Source of the DNA: a virus | Reading direction: 5' to 3' (one strand) | DNA length: 64,000 nt | Virus record (IMG/VR): IMGVR_UViG_3300023181_000026 | Location: 67,612-131,611 of that record | Part shown: one piece after another, positions 55,805-64,000 of the stretch | Layout of the letters: the number at the start of each line of letters is the position of its first letter | Position numbering within the stretch: the stretch's first letter is position 1 | Notes under the pieces: generated by a model | Told to the model about the DNA's origin: nothing | The model's database searches: none | Seen by the model: the letters and a program-made list of their open reading frames with translations, nothing else | Translations under genes and position numbers: made by a program

Positions 55805-56062
55805 ATGGAAGGAGTATTAGACGGAGATCATTGGAGGACAGCACAGCTTGTAGATACTTTACAATATGCCGCAGATATAGAATTTGAAATGAAAATAGTG
55901 TCCATGTTAAAACTAGAGCCTAAATTGATTAGTAAAAATGATTACGAAACAGATGTAAAATATATATTTGAATGGGGTAATTTATCAGGGTTAGGGGATA
56001 GTGTTTCCGAAGCTGTAAGAGATTTCAATAATAGCTATTATAATTCTAACAAGAAAAAGTAA
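55805..56062 (+). CDS. Hypothetical protein
   Basis: Co-directional ORF. Confidence 0.6.
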   Translation: MEGVLDGDHWRTAQLVDTLQYAADIEFEMKIVSMLKLEPKLISKNDYETDVKYIFEWGNLSGLGDSVSEAVRDFNNSYYNSNKKK

Positions 56063-56099
56063 TAGAGGATATTTTACAAAAACTAAAAGAGAATAGAAA

Positions 56100-56402
56100 A
56101 TGAGCCAATTCTTAGAAGACTTTAAAAAATATCTTGCAGAAACACCCAGAGAACAGATAGAAGCTGATTGGAAAGCAACAGAAAAATATGATCAAGTAGG
56201 AATACCTGTTGATGAGTTTATAGAATTAAATAAAGGGTATAAATTCACTAAAGAACTCCCTCCACAATTTAAACATGAATTCAGAAGTATACCATATGAA
56301 GAGATTATAGATAATAGAAGTTCAGCTTATGCCTTTATAGATTTTAATAATTCGCCGTATAGAGAGGAAACAAATCAAGAAGAAAATAATAAAGCATGTT
56401 AA
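56100..56402 (+). CDS. Hypothetical protein
   Basis: Co-directional ORF. Confidence 0.6.
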   Translation: MSQFLEDFKKYLAETPREQIEADWKATEKYDQVGIPVDEFIELNKGYKFTKELPPQFKHEFRSIPYEEIIDNRSSAYAFIDFNNSPYREETNQEENNKAC

Positions 56403-56656
56403 GAATATTCAAATACACATTAGATACCATAGATGAACAGGTAATAAAATTACCTGAATTTTATAAAATATTATCATTAAAGGTTCAGAACAATACACCA
56501 CGACTATATGTTCTAATAAATGATAAAATCGAAGAAGAAAAAGAAATTAGGATAAGAATCTATGGAACAGGGCATCCTGTAGATGAAGTAGGAGAGTTCA
56601 TAGGAACTTATCAGTTAAGTAATGGTCAATTAGTATTTCACGCCTTTATAGTATAA
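56396..56656 (+). CDS. Conserved phage protein
   Basis: IFKYTL...IYGTGHP...FIGTYQLSNGQLVFHAF pattern common in phages. Confidence 0.7.
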   Translation: MLRIFKYTLDTIDEQVIKLPEFYKILSLKVQNNTPRLYVLINDKIEEEKEIRIRIYGTGHPVDEVGEFIGTYQLSNGQLVFHAFIV

Positions 56657-56660
56657 TTTT

Positions 56661-56879
56661 ATGAAAACATTTAAAGTAATAAGCAACTCGGCATATGATG
56701 AGCATTCACCAATAACTTATTGGATAGAAGAGAGAAGTAAGATATTCTTTGGTATTTTCTCCCGCCGAAAAATATTAGGAGATTATAAGTTTGATAATGG
56801 AGGAGCTATGTCTGAAATGCCATTTTTTGAATTAGAACGGGCTTTAGAAAGAGTAGAACTATTAAAAAAGAATTTGTAA
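56661..56879 (+). CDS. Hypothetical protein
   Basis: Co-directional ORF. Confidence 0.6.
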   Translation: MKTFKVISNSAYDEHSPITYWIEERSKIFFGIFSRRKILGDYKFDNGGAMSEMPFFELERALERVELLKKNL

Positions 56880-57182
56880 AATGAGTAAGATATTTTTGTA
56901 TTACTACATTTATTGTATGATAGTAGTTTGTATATTCAGTTATGTAGTTTTTATACTTTGTCAAAGCGGATGGTGGTTTTTATTAGCCTATGCATTATTA
57001 GATAAATAGCCTAAAACATATTCAAATGGAAAGTGAAAAATTAGAAACATTATTATTCTGGCTATTTGCTATTATATTATTATGTGTTTTCAGCTATGCT
57101 ATATTCTTCTTAGGTTATAACGGATCAAGTTATGTAGGAATGGTAATTATATTATTTTTTATTAACGATTTTAGAAATTAAA

Positions 57183-57365
57183 ATGAATAAATCTCAACTC
57201 ACAACCCTTATTTTATTAGCATCAATAGTAATCAATTCTGTATGTGCGACTATAGCTGTTCAGCAAATGTTAATCAGTTTTAATATAACTTATCTTTTAT
57301 TTTTTACGGCGAATTTAGCACTTATTTTACACACAGTAAAAAGAATATATGACGATAACCGATAA
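57183..57365 (+). CDS. Small membrane protein
   Basis: Two TM segments. Confidence 0.6.
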   Translation: MNKSQLTTLILLASIVINSVCATIAVQQMLISFNITYLLFFTANLALILHTVKRIYDDNR

Positions 57366-57768
57366 AGATATTACAAAACCAATGAATTTATTTCAATTAA
57401 GAATTTCAGGGTGGGATGGAGATGCATCTTACCATTTATTACTTCATCCAAATAAAACACAAGAAGAGTTTGAAAAGGAAGTTACCAACTTACTTAGAGA
57501 AAAAGGAGAAGAATTTATAAAACAGGAAGAGTGCTACATAGGTAATGATAGTTGGCTTGATTATATCGTACCTTTCATGATAAATGACTTAGGTTATACA
57601 AATGCAGAAATAAAAGGACTTGTATGGCAAGAAGTGGGTATAATAAGAGAAAATAATCAATACAGTACAGATTGGTTTGACACTGTTGGAGAACAGTTAT
57701 TTTCTAAAGCCGCGAAAAGAAATAGAGATATAGAATATGGCATGGAAAAACCACTTAAACAAGAATAA
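57349..57768 (+). CDS. Hypothetical protein
   Basis: Co-directional ORF. Confidence 0.65.
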   Translation: MTITDKDITKPMNLFQLRISGWDGDASYHLLLHPNKTQEEFEKEVTNLLREKGEEFIKQEECYIGNDSWLDYIVPFMINDLGYTNAEIKGLVWQEVGIIRENNQYSTDWFDTVGEQLFSKAAKRNRDIEYGMEKPLKQE

Positions 57769-57770
57769 TT

Positions 57771-58016
57771 ATGAATTACGATGAATATTTATTAAACCAA
57801 CAGAATAATTTAGATAATAGACCTTTAAATAATGAAAAGGTCTATGTTCTATTTGATGAGAATAAAGGTATAGTATACTCTTCCGATCAATATGAGGGTA
57901 TGAAAGAGCTTATTTTCCAAGAAGGAGATGAGATTGGCTGGGTTTGGGAAAATGATTTCTATGCAAAAGATACTGAAAAAACATATAAATTACTAAATAA
58001 AATAGAAAATGATTAA
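57771..58016 (+). CDS. Hypothetical protein
   Basis: Co-directional ORF. Confidence 0.6.
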   Translation: MNYDEYLLNQQNNLDNRPLNNEKVYVLFDENKGIVYSSDQYEGMKELIFQEGDEIGWVWENDFYAKDTEKTYKLLNKIEND

Positions 58017-58266
58017 ACTTGATAACCAATACTCAATAGATATTGATAATTTAAATTTCACTTTGCAATATCGCCGCGAAAAAGAAGTAGAAAAGAATGG
58101 AGAAAGAAAGACAGTAACCGAGAAATCGGATTGGTATTTTCCGTCTATTCAAATTTCCCTTAAAAAGTATTTAGATGAATCTATGAGAGAGTGTAATAGT
58201 GTGGATGAGATACTTAGAAAGATTGATGAAGTACACGAAACAATTAAAAAATTGAAACTAAAATAA
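58009..58266 (+). CDS. Hypothetical protein
   Basis: Co-directional ORF. Confidence 0.65.
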   Translation: MIKLDNQYSIDIDNLNFTLQYRREKEVEKNGERKTVTEKSDWYFPSIQISLKKYLDESMRECNSVDEILRKIDEVHETIKKLKLK

Positions 58267-58268
58267 AA

Positions 58269-58526
58269 ATGCCAGAAAAAGAGAAATTTTACAGATATAA
58301 ATATGAGCCAGGGCAAACAACAACTGAAAGATTAAGAAATAAGCTTTGTTCAGTTTTTAATATTGTCCAATTGCTTGCAAATCCACGCGCAAAAGGGCTG
58401 TTAAATGAAAATGCCGTAAGAATAGCCAATGAAGATTTAGTCTCTGTACGTGATTTAATAGAAGATATAGAAACTGACTATGAGAGATTTAAAGAATGTC
58501 AAGGAAATGAAGATAATCAGAAATGA
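58269..58526 (+). CDS. Hypothetical protein
   Basis: Co-directional ORF. Confidence 0.6.
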   Translation: MPEKEKFYRYKYEPGQTTTERLRNKLCSVFNIVQLLANPRAKGLLNENAVRIANEDLVSVRDLIEDIETDYERFKECQGNEDNQK

Positions 58527-58728
58527 ATATTGTGTAATAGAACCTCAAGAAGGAATATTCCTAATAGAGAAAACTAAATATTTATTTGGAAAGAAGTTTT
58601 GGATATGTGTATTAGGGCGAAGCGATCAGCGCGGAGAGCCATCTATGGACGATGAAGAGACTAGCTTTGCTACAATGAATTGTGCTTTAGATTATATTAA
58701 AGAACTGCGTTTAAAAGAACTTAAATAA
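58480..58728 (+). CDS. Hypothetical protein (start probably 58507)
   Basis: Co-directional ORF. Confidence 0.55.
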   Translation: MRDLKNVKEMKIIRNEYCVIEPQEGIFLIEKTKYLFGKKFWICVLGRSDQRGEPSMDDEETSFATMNCALDYIKELRLKELK

Positions 58729-58729
58729 A

Positions 58730-59404
58730 ATGACAAAAAAGGAAATAAAAGAACAGATAAAACTGCTTAAGGTAGAGCTAAAACAGAAAAAGTCAAAAGA
58801 GAAGCTAAAAGCACAAACTTGGTATAAAAGTAAAGTTGATACAAATTACATAGTTTATGTTAAGGCTTTTGATAAAGAATCAGTGGAAGTATATGGATGG
58901 GATAATAACAAAAATTGGTTTGAAGATGAAGTTGAATACAATCTATTTTGGAATAAAGAACGCCCTTTAGTAAATTTATCTGTAGAAGATGTTGAAGCAG
59001 CACTTATTGAAGAAGCGAAAAAAATGGGTTTTAAAGAGGGGATTAAAGTCAAATGCCTAACTATAAATAATCCAATAGATTTAATAGAACATTTTCATTT
59101 TGAATTCGATTTAGAAAACAATGAACTTTGGCTTTATCAAACAAATGTTAAGACTAAAATATTTAGCAAAGGCAAATGGGCGGAAATAGTAGAAGAACCA
59201 AAAGACAAGATTAATTGGAATAAACATGGGCAGTTATTAAGTGATGGGGATGGGTATATCGTGTTTACATCTGGGCTGCATAATACTCTTCAATTTGAAG
59301 CTTCGGTAATCCAAGCTCCTTTAAGTGTTGGAACTTATCACACCTTACTAAACAAGTCGGAGTTCAAACTATATAAAGGCTCAATAACACTTAAAAACGA
59401 TTAG
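58730..59404 (+). CDS. Mosaic hypothetical protein
   Basis: 224 aa; EVEAALIEEAKKMGFKEG...KGKWAEI modules typical of Flavobacteriia phages. Confidence 0.65.
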   Translation: MTKKEIKEQIKLLKVELKQKKSKEKLKAQTWYKSKVDTNYIVYVKAFDKESVEVYGWDNNKNWFEDEVEYNLFWNKERPLVNLSVEDVEAALIEEAKKMGFKEGIKVKCLTINNPIDLIEHFHFEFDLENNELWLYQTNVKTKIFSKGKWAEIVEEPKDKINWNKHGQLLSDGDGYIVFTSGLHNTLQFEASVIQAPLSVGTYHTLLNKSEFKLYKGSITLKND

Positions 59405-59406
59405 TT

Positions 59407-59592
59407 ATGGACTCAGAACAAAGATTTTATTTAGATCAGGAAGTACTCTCAGACAGGAAAAATTCCGCACAAAAACCAGAATCAGAAAATGTAATAAAAC
59501 TACTGAAAGAAATAGAACAGTTAAAATTCTGGGAACAAATAGAACTTAGAAGATTTTTTAACACATCTTTAAGAAAGAATAATATATTTTAA
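59407..59592 (+). CDS. Hypothetical protein
   Basis: Co-directional ORF. Confidence 0.55.
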   Translation: MDSEQRFYLDQEVLSDRKNSAQKPESENVIKLLKEIEQLKFWEQIELRRFFNTSLRKNNIF

Positions 59593-59637
59593 GTCTATAT
59601 TTGTCTTTCGGAGACAAGCTCCTTTTAAAAAACATTC

Positions 59638-60357
59638 ATGGAAAAACAAGATATTACCTTATACCACCTCTCTGACACGCATAATTTTCATCAGTTGTTA
59701 AATATACCTGAGCAACATATTGATATCATTATTTTTAGTGGCGATGAATCCTCAGCAAGAGATCCTTACAGAAACGAACCAGAGGCTAGGGAATTTTTTC
59801 ATTGGTACAGTAATCTAACAGCAACTTATAAAGTATTTGTTGCGGGAAACCACGGTTCAAGTATAGCTAAAGGTTTAATTACTCGTAAAGAAATTGAAGA
59901 TATGGGAATTATATACCTTGAAAACGATTGGGTTGAATTATTTGGCTATAAAATATGGGGTAGTCCTTATTCACCTACTTTTGGCGATTGGTGTTTCATG
60001 AAAGCAAGACATAAAATGCAAGAACTTTGGGCACATATTCCAGAAGACACTGATATTCTAATTACACATACGCCACCTAAAGGATGTTTAGATTTATCTT
60101 ATAATAGAAACGGTGAACTTGAATTCTGTGGATGCAAGAGTTTATTAAATAGAGTGATGCAAGTAAAGCCTCTTCTTAGCCTATACGGCCACATTCACAA
60201 TTCTCCTGAGGGCATTTTAAACGCAGGAGTAATGAAATTAGCAAACTATCCTACTGTATTCTCAAACGGAAGTGTAGTGACGGATGGTAAATTTGGAAAA
60301 GTGAGCTCTCACGGTAATCTATTCAAAATAACAGATGGAAAAGTGCATATTATATAA
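59638..60357 (+). CDS. Calcineurin-like metallophosphoesterase
   Basis: SDTHN, FSGDES, AGNH, ITHTPP and GHIH motifs. Confidence 0.92.
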   Translation: MEKQDITLYHLSDTHNFHQLLNIPEQHIDIIIFSGDESSARDPYRNEPEAREFFHWYSNLTATYKVFVAGNHGSSIAKGLITRKEIEDMGIIYLENDWVELFGYKIWGSPYSPTFGDWCFMKARHKMQELWAHIPEDTDILITHTPPKGCLDLSYNRNGELEFCGCKSLLNRVMQVKPLLSLYGHIHNSPEGILNAGVMKLANYPTVFSNGSVVTDGKFGKVSSHGNLFKITDGKVHII

Positions 60358-60583
60358 ATTCAACCATAAGACATTACAAACAGAGCCTGTAAACCTTAAA
60401 ATTCTTTGGCTTATACCTCTAATAATAATCTTCTCTCTAGCTTTTAAATTAATTTATTTTAATGCGGCTTTTATAGAAGTGACAAATTGGCGCGGACAAA
60501 AAGAAAAAGCAACTATACATGAATACTTCAAAGAACAACAAAGAATAAATAGTTATGATAAATTGGATAAAAAAGATAATTAG
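60335..60583 (+). CDS. Membrane-anchored protein
   Basis: One TM segment. Confidence 0.6.
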   Translation: MEKCILYKFNHKTLQTEPVNLKILWLIPLIIIFSLAFKLIYFNAAFIEVTNWRGQKEKATIHEYFKEQQRINSYDKLDKKDN

Positions 60584-60914
60584 CCCTGAATTAAAACTTA
60601 CAAATGAAGAGAAAAAGACTCAAAGTATTTTAATAAAGCTTCTAAGTAAAACAGATACCGATTTGATAGAACAACCTTATAGTACTTCAATATTGGTAGC
60701 AAATTCTCAGTTAGATTGCTATATTGAAATTAATGGAAATATTTCTATAGTAAACGATAATATATTTAGAGTTATACCATATCGTCTTACATTTATAGAA
60801 CAACTCAAAAGTCTGGCACATAAAGAGATAGCCAATAGATATGCAGTAAATAAAGAAAAATTATTTAATAAGTCTCTATCTTTATTAGACGACATGGAGA
60901 CAAAGTTAAGTTAA
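60555..60914 (+). CDS. Hypothetical protein
   Basis: Co-directional ORF. Confidence 0.65.
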   Translation: MINWIKKIISPELKLTNEEKKTQSILIKLLSKTDTDLIEQPYSTSILVANSQLDCYIEINGNISIVNDNIFRVIPYRLTFIEQLKSLAHKEIANRYAVNKEKLFNKSLSLLDDMETKLS

Positions 60915-61089
60915 ATTATGAAATATTTAAGATATATAAACATTATAACAGTACTATCGGCGATATTAGTGACTACAATTAACCTAATTAATAATTGTCC
61001 TGCAAGTCACTTTGCAGCTATATCAGGCTCGAGTATGGTTTTAATTAACATGATTGAAGAACTATACATTGAACATAAAGCGCATAAAA

Positions 61090-61518
61090 ATGACTAAAGA
61101 GGGAGCAATTGCTTGTTTGAAGGGAAATTCCTATTCAGCAGCAGAAGTAAAAAGACTGATAGAATCTATAGATGTAAAGGAAAAATATCAAGCTCCAAAA
61201 TATTTAAAAGTAGGCGATATCTATTTAAATGCTATAGGTGGCGGCGTAGATAAGTTTGGAAATCTAAAAAGAAGACCATGTGTTATAGTATCAGTGAAAG
61301 AAGATATAGTACTTTCTATTCCCCTTACTTCAACAGAGAACTCTATGTGTCTGGTTGAGAGTAAATATAGATTTGGAAGAGATGGATTTTTTACAAAGTC
61401 TCTTATAGCGGCAAATAAAGAATATGCACTACAGAATTTTTGTGGAATATATGATTCGCCGAAAAGACTTAGAAAAGTAATTAGAGAAATGAAACAGTAT
61501 CTTAATAATACTATATAA
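61090..61518 (+). CDS. MazF/PemK-fold protein (track start 61054; ATG 61090 preferred)
   Basis: KVGDIYL...KRRPCVIVS...VLSIPLTS; ATG 61090 overlaps the stop of an upstream 59-aa ORF. Confidence 0.6.
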   Translation: MTKEGAIACLKGNSYSAAEVKRLIESIDVKEKYQAPKYLKVGDIYLNAIGGGVDKFGNLKRRPCVIVSVKEDIVLSIPLTSTENSMCLVESKYRFGRDGFFTKSLIAANKEYALQNFCGIYDSPKRLRKVIREMKQYLNNTI

Positions 61519-61838
61519 TGAATTTAGAAAAAAGATTTTTGCAGGATCTTCACCTATTTGGAGATGAATCTACAGGAATGGGAGCCGCATACTGTACACC
61601 TGATAAAAAAGAAATTATGTTGCCTTGTACTTGCTCATGTTCAGTATTGAGTGTTAGTAAATGGAGCGATGATGAAGATTATTATTTTCAGTTTTATAAT
61701 AGCTATAATTTGAGTAGTTCTTTTTGGACGAGATTGAAAGAAGCTTGGAGAGTGCTTAGAGGACATTATAATAAAGGTGTGGGAATAGTAGTAAGTGAAG
61801 AAGATTTTAAAAAACTCTTACAGAATGAAAAAGATTAG
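61518..61838 (+). CDS. Hypothetical protein
   Basis: CTCSC motif; coupled ORF. Confidence 0.65.
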   Translation: MNLEKRFLQDLHLFGDESTGMGAAYCTPDKKEIMLPCTCSCSVLSVSKWSDDEDYYFQFYNSYNLSSSFWTRLKEAWRVLRGHYNKGVGIVVSEEDFKKLLQNEKD

Positions 61839-62047
61839 GATAAAATACGTAGACTTAGTACAACTAGGAAGATATCTTATAATGTTAGCTATAATATTTA
61901 TATCTTTATTAGCAATTAAAAATCTATATGAAATATGCACATAAGTTTTAAAAAGAAGTTGGTAATTTTAGGGATAATTTTTTATCTTCTTTTGGCGGGG
62001 ATTACAATAGGAATATATGAAGGGATTATTTATTTAATTAGTTTGTT

Positions 62048-62407
62048 ATGAAAAGAGTTGCTGTAATTGGATCGAGAGGTTTTGAAAATTATGATTATTT
62101 CAGAGTGAAATTAGAATACTTGCTTAGTGAAATTGAAGACCCTATAAGTTATGTTTCTGGTGGAGCAAAAACAGGAGCAGATAACCTAATTAAGAAATAT
62201 TGTTTAGAAAACCAATATACGCTTATAGAACATCTTCCTGAATATGATAAATATAGTGGAAAGGTAGCTCCAATAAAAAGAAATCATACTATAGTAGAAA
62301 ATAGTGATTACCTTATAGCTTTTTATGATGGTAAAAGTAGAGGAAGTAAATATACTATAGATTTGGCGTATAAAAAAGGAATACCAGTAAAAATAGTTTA
62401 CATATAA
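62048..62407 (+). CDS. SLOG/YspA (DUF2493-like) protein
   Basis: VAVIGSRGF, VSGGAKTGAD, APIKRN and IAFYDGKSRGSKYTI. Confidence 0.88.
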   Translation: MKRVAVIGSRGFENYDYFRVKLEYLLSEIEDPISYVSGGAKTGADNLIKKYCLENQYTLIEHLPEYDKYSGKVAPIKRNHTIVENSDYLIAFYDGKSRGSKYTIDLAYKKGIPVKIVYI

Positions 62408-62420
62408 TTATGATTAAATT

Positions 62421-62723
62421 ATGTTAGATTTAGAAAGATATCCTAAAAAGAAAGTACATAAATGTATAATTATTGTACCCGAAGGTTATACACCTATGCT
62501 GTACAAATCAGAGCCGTGTCTAATAAAGAATAATTTGTTTGACGGTATTTGGCTAGAAGATAATATTTTTAGAGAAAGTGTAATAGATACAATTCCTACA
62601 GAAATGGGGATTTATAGTTGTGATATCCATTCTACAGTTTCAAAAGATTTGACAGATTGTGGTTATGAGTACGATATGGATTTTTACTTGGAAAATATTA
62701 AGAAGATCGATTTATGTATATAA
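62421..62723 (+). CDS. Hypothetical protein
   Basis: Co-directional ORF. Confidence 0.6.
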   Translation: MLDLERYPKKKVHKCIIIVPEGYTPMLYKSEPCLIKNNLFDGIWLEDNIFRESVIDTIPTEMGIYSCDIHSTVSKDLTDCGYEYDMDFYLENIKKIDLCI

Positions 62724-63364
62724 ATTTTAAAATTTCTAGTAGTCTTTTATGCGGCGACATAGAAAAATTAACAGCCATAAAACAGAAGGAAATAGAATGG
62801 CTTAGTAAAAACCTCCCAGACACTGATTTAAGACGATTTGAGGAACTTTCTTTAATCTCAAGAGTAAAGACAAAGAAAAAGAATGAAAGCCCGTTAGAAA
62901 GTCTAAGACTGTCAGATAAAGGAAAAAAACTTTTAATGGACTTATCTTACGAAGGTGCACCTGATGAACAGACTAATATTTTATTGAACTGGCTTATACA
63001 GATATATAAATCTAAGAAAAACGGCATAATAAAGAATAAGACTGAATGTGCTAGAAGATTATTTTGGTGGAAGACAATAACTAAAATAGAGGGTAATAAA
63101 TTAGCAGTTCTTTTATCTCAGTTTGTAGCAGATAGTTTTATTCCTGAAAATCCTAAGAATTTTGCAGAAGAGTTTAGAGAATTTAAAGAAAATAACTCTA
63201 GAGGCGTTATTAGTAACATGCTAGACAATATTTGTTGGCAAGCTGATAGTATGTTTGATAAGCACTATACCTTAGACAAATCGCCGCTTTATCGATACTA
63301 CACTGACAATGAAGAGTTTATTAAAAACATTTGGCGCGAAAGAAAATTAGAAACAGATGAATAA
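62714..63364 (+). CDS. Hypothetical protein (possible wHTH N-terminus)
   Basis: 216 aa; LRLSDKGKKLL wing-like segment. Confidence 0.6.
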   Translation: MYINFKISSSLLCGDIEKLTAIKQKEIEWLSKNLPDTDLRRFEELSLISRVKTKKKNESPLESLRLSDKGKKLLMDLSYEGAPDEQTNILLNWLIQIYKSKKNGIIKNKTECARRLFWWKTITKIEGNKLAVLLSQFVADSFIPENPKNFAEEFREFKENNSRGVISNMLDNICWQADSMFDKHYTLDKSPLYRYYTDNEEFIKNIWRERKLETDE

Positions 63365-63575
63365 AAAAGTAGCAGTTATAGGAAGATACAGAGATTATTT
63401 AGAAATAGAAAATCCAATTAAAGATGCAACTTACAGTTGTGTAAACACAGAAAGAGATGTATTTGGTCGTCATTGGGATTATTATATGATAGCTAATTAT
63501 TTTTATCCCGAAACTAAAGAAAGAAATTCTATAATAGATTATATTGAATCACATGGCGGCAAAAAGATTGAATAG
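63357..63575 (+). CDS. Hypothetical protein
   Basis: Co-directional ORF. Confidence 0.6.
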   Translation: MNKKVAVIGRYRDYLEIENPIKDATYSCVNTERDVFGRHWDYYMIANYFYPETKERNSIIDYIESHGGKKIE

Positions 63576-63858
63576 AAAACAACTCATAGCGGATTTTGAA
63601 CAATTAAGAGCAGGATTTGATCAAGCTGTTTTAAGAGCTATTTATGCAGAAGATAATATTTCTAAATTAGGTTTTGCGGCACATTATTATCTGGCTAATA
63701 AAAGAGTAGCAGAACTTGGAGGAGAGCCTTATCAAATAAGTTGGATTATAGAATATTACAAAGAAGAAGTAAAAGAGATGTCTAAAGCATTAAAAGGAAT
63801 TTTAGATAAAAACCAAGAATTAATTGATGATTATGAAAGAGGAACTAGAACACTATAA
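63544..63858 (+). CDS. Hypothetical protein
   Basis: Co-directional ORF; start uncertain. Confidence 0.6.
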   Translation: MNHMAAKRLNRKQLIADFEQLRAGFDQAVLRAIYAEDNISKLGFAAHYYLANKRVAELGGEPYQISWIIEYYKEEVKEMSKALKGILDKNQELIDDYERGTRTL

Positions 63859-64000
63859 TCTTTTTGATGAGTTAGATATGTCGGATATAAGATATTATTT
63901 ATTCACAAGAAAAGACATTGCGCAAAAAAGATTAGAAACAAAGGATAAAGCTTTACAGAAAGAAATAGACACTACAATAGAATATATGAATAGTAGATTA

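Noticed and set aside
23910-59052. Minus-strand ORFs in the right arm (23910, 37480, 38166, 40311, 43020, 44191, 46657, 47668, 47944, 49102, 49380, 53760, 58855)
   Set aside because: Antisense to real plus-strand genes or regulatory tracts, with atypical composition.
1-64000. Stop-codon reassignment (TAG/TGA), as in some crAss-like phages
   Set aside because: Long conserved genes are intact in code 11, coding density is high, and stops coincide with next-gene starts.
1-64000. CRISPR array, DGR, integrase, IS elements or rRNA
   Set aside because: No regularly spaced repeats, reverse transcriptase, recombinase, transposase or rRNA motifs were seen.
1-64000. Canonical tRNA genes
   Set aside because: Other TTCGA/TTCAA hits (e.g. 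~14909, ~36824, ~53255) are in coding sequence or lack cloverleaf stems.
22983-64000. Absence of Shine-Dalgarno sequences and recurring AAATTATG starts
   Set aside because: Normal for Bacteroidota translation initiation; used only as host evidence.

Overview
A 64-kb, very AT-rich internal segment of a large crAss-like (podovirus-type) phage genome infecting Bacteroidota, probably Flavobacteriia. The host inference rests on TTTG-N19/20-TAnnTTTG promoters and SD-less A-rich starts. Bases 1-22.8 kb are a minus-strand morphogenesis/lysis arm: beta-propeller glycosidase-like tail protein, GH19 endolysin cassette, structural proteins, major capsid, scaffold-like protein, portal, GroEL/GroES, and a large terminase carrying a class-3 LAGLIDADG intein. 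After a divergent promoter region at ~22.8-23 kb the plus strand carries replication/recombination genes (VirE/BT4734-like primase-type protein, NinG, RecA/UvsX, GIY-YIG, DUF5664, SSB). A gene-poor, hairpin-rich segment at 34.2-38.4 kb may be a genome end or origin, and ~100 small accessory ORFs follow. The least explained signals are: (i) a dispersed T-tract/CG-rich-core/A-tract motif that appears to bias synonymous codons; (ii) five host-type promoters each firing into a 120-430 nt structured non-coding tract, including a promoter- and terminator-bounded ~265-nt ncRNA candidate at 34.74-35.0 kb; (iii) an HTH gene bracketed by two operator-like repeats; (iv) a D-armless tRNA-like element. All family assignments come from motif recognition by eye; no database searches were run.
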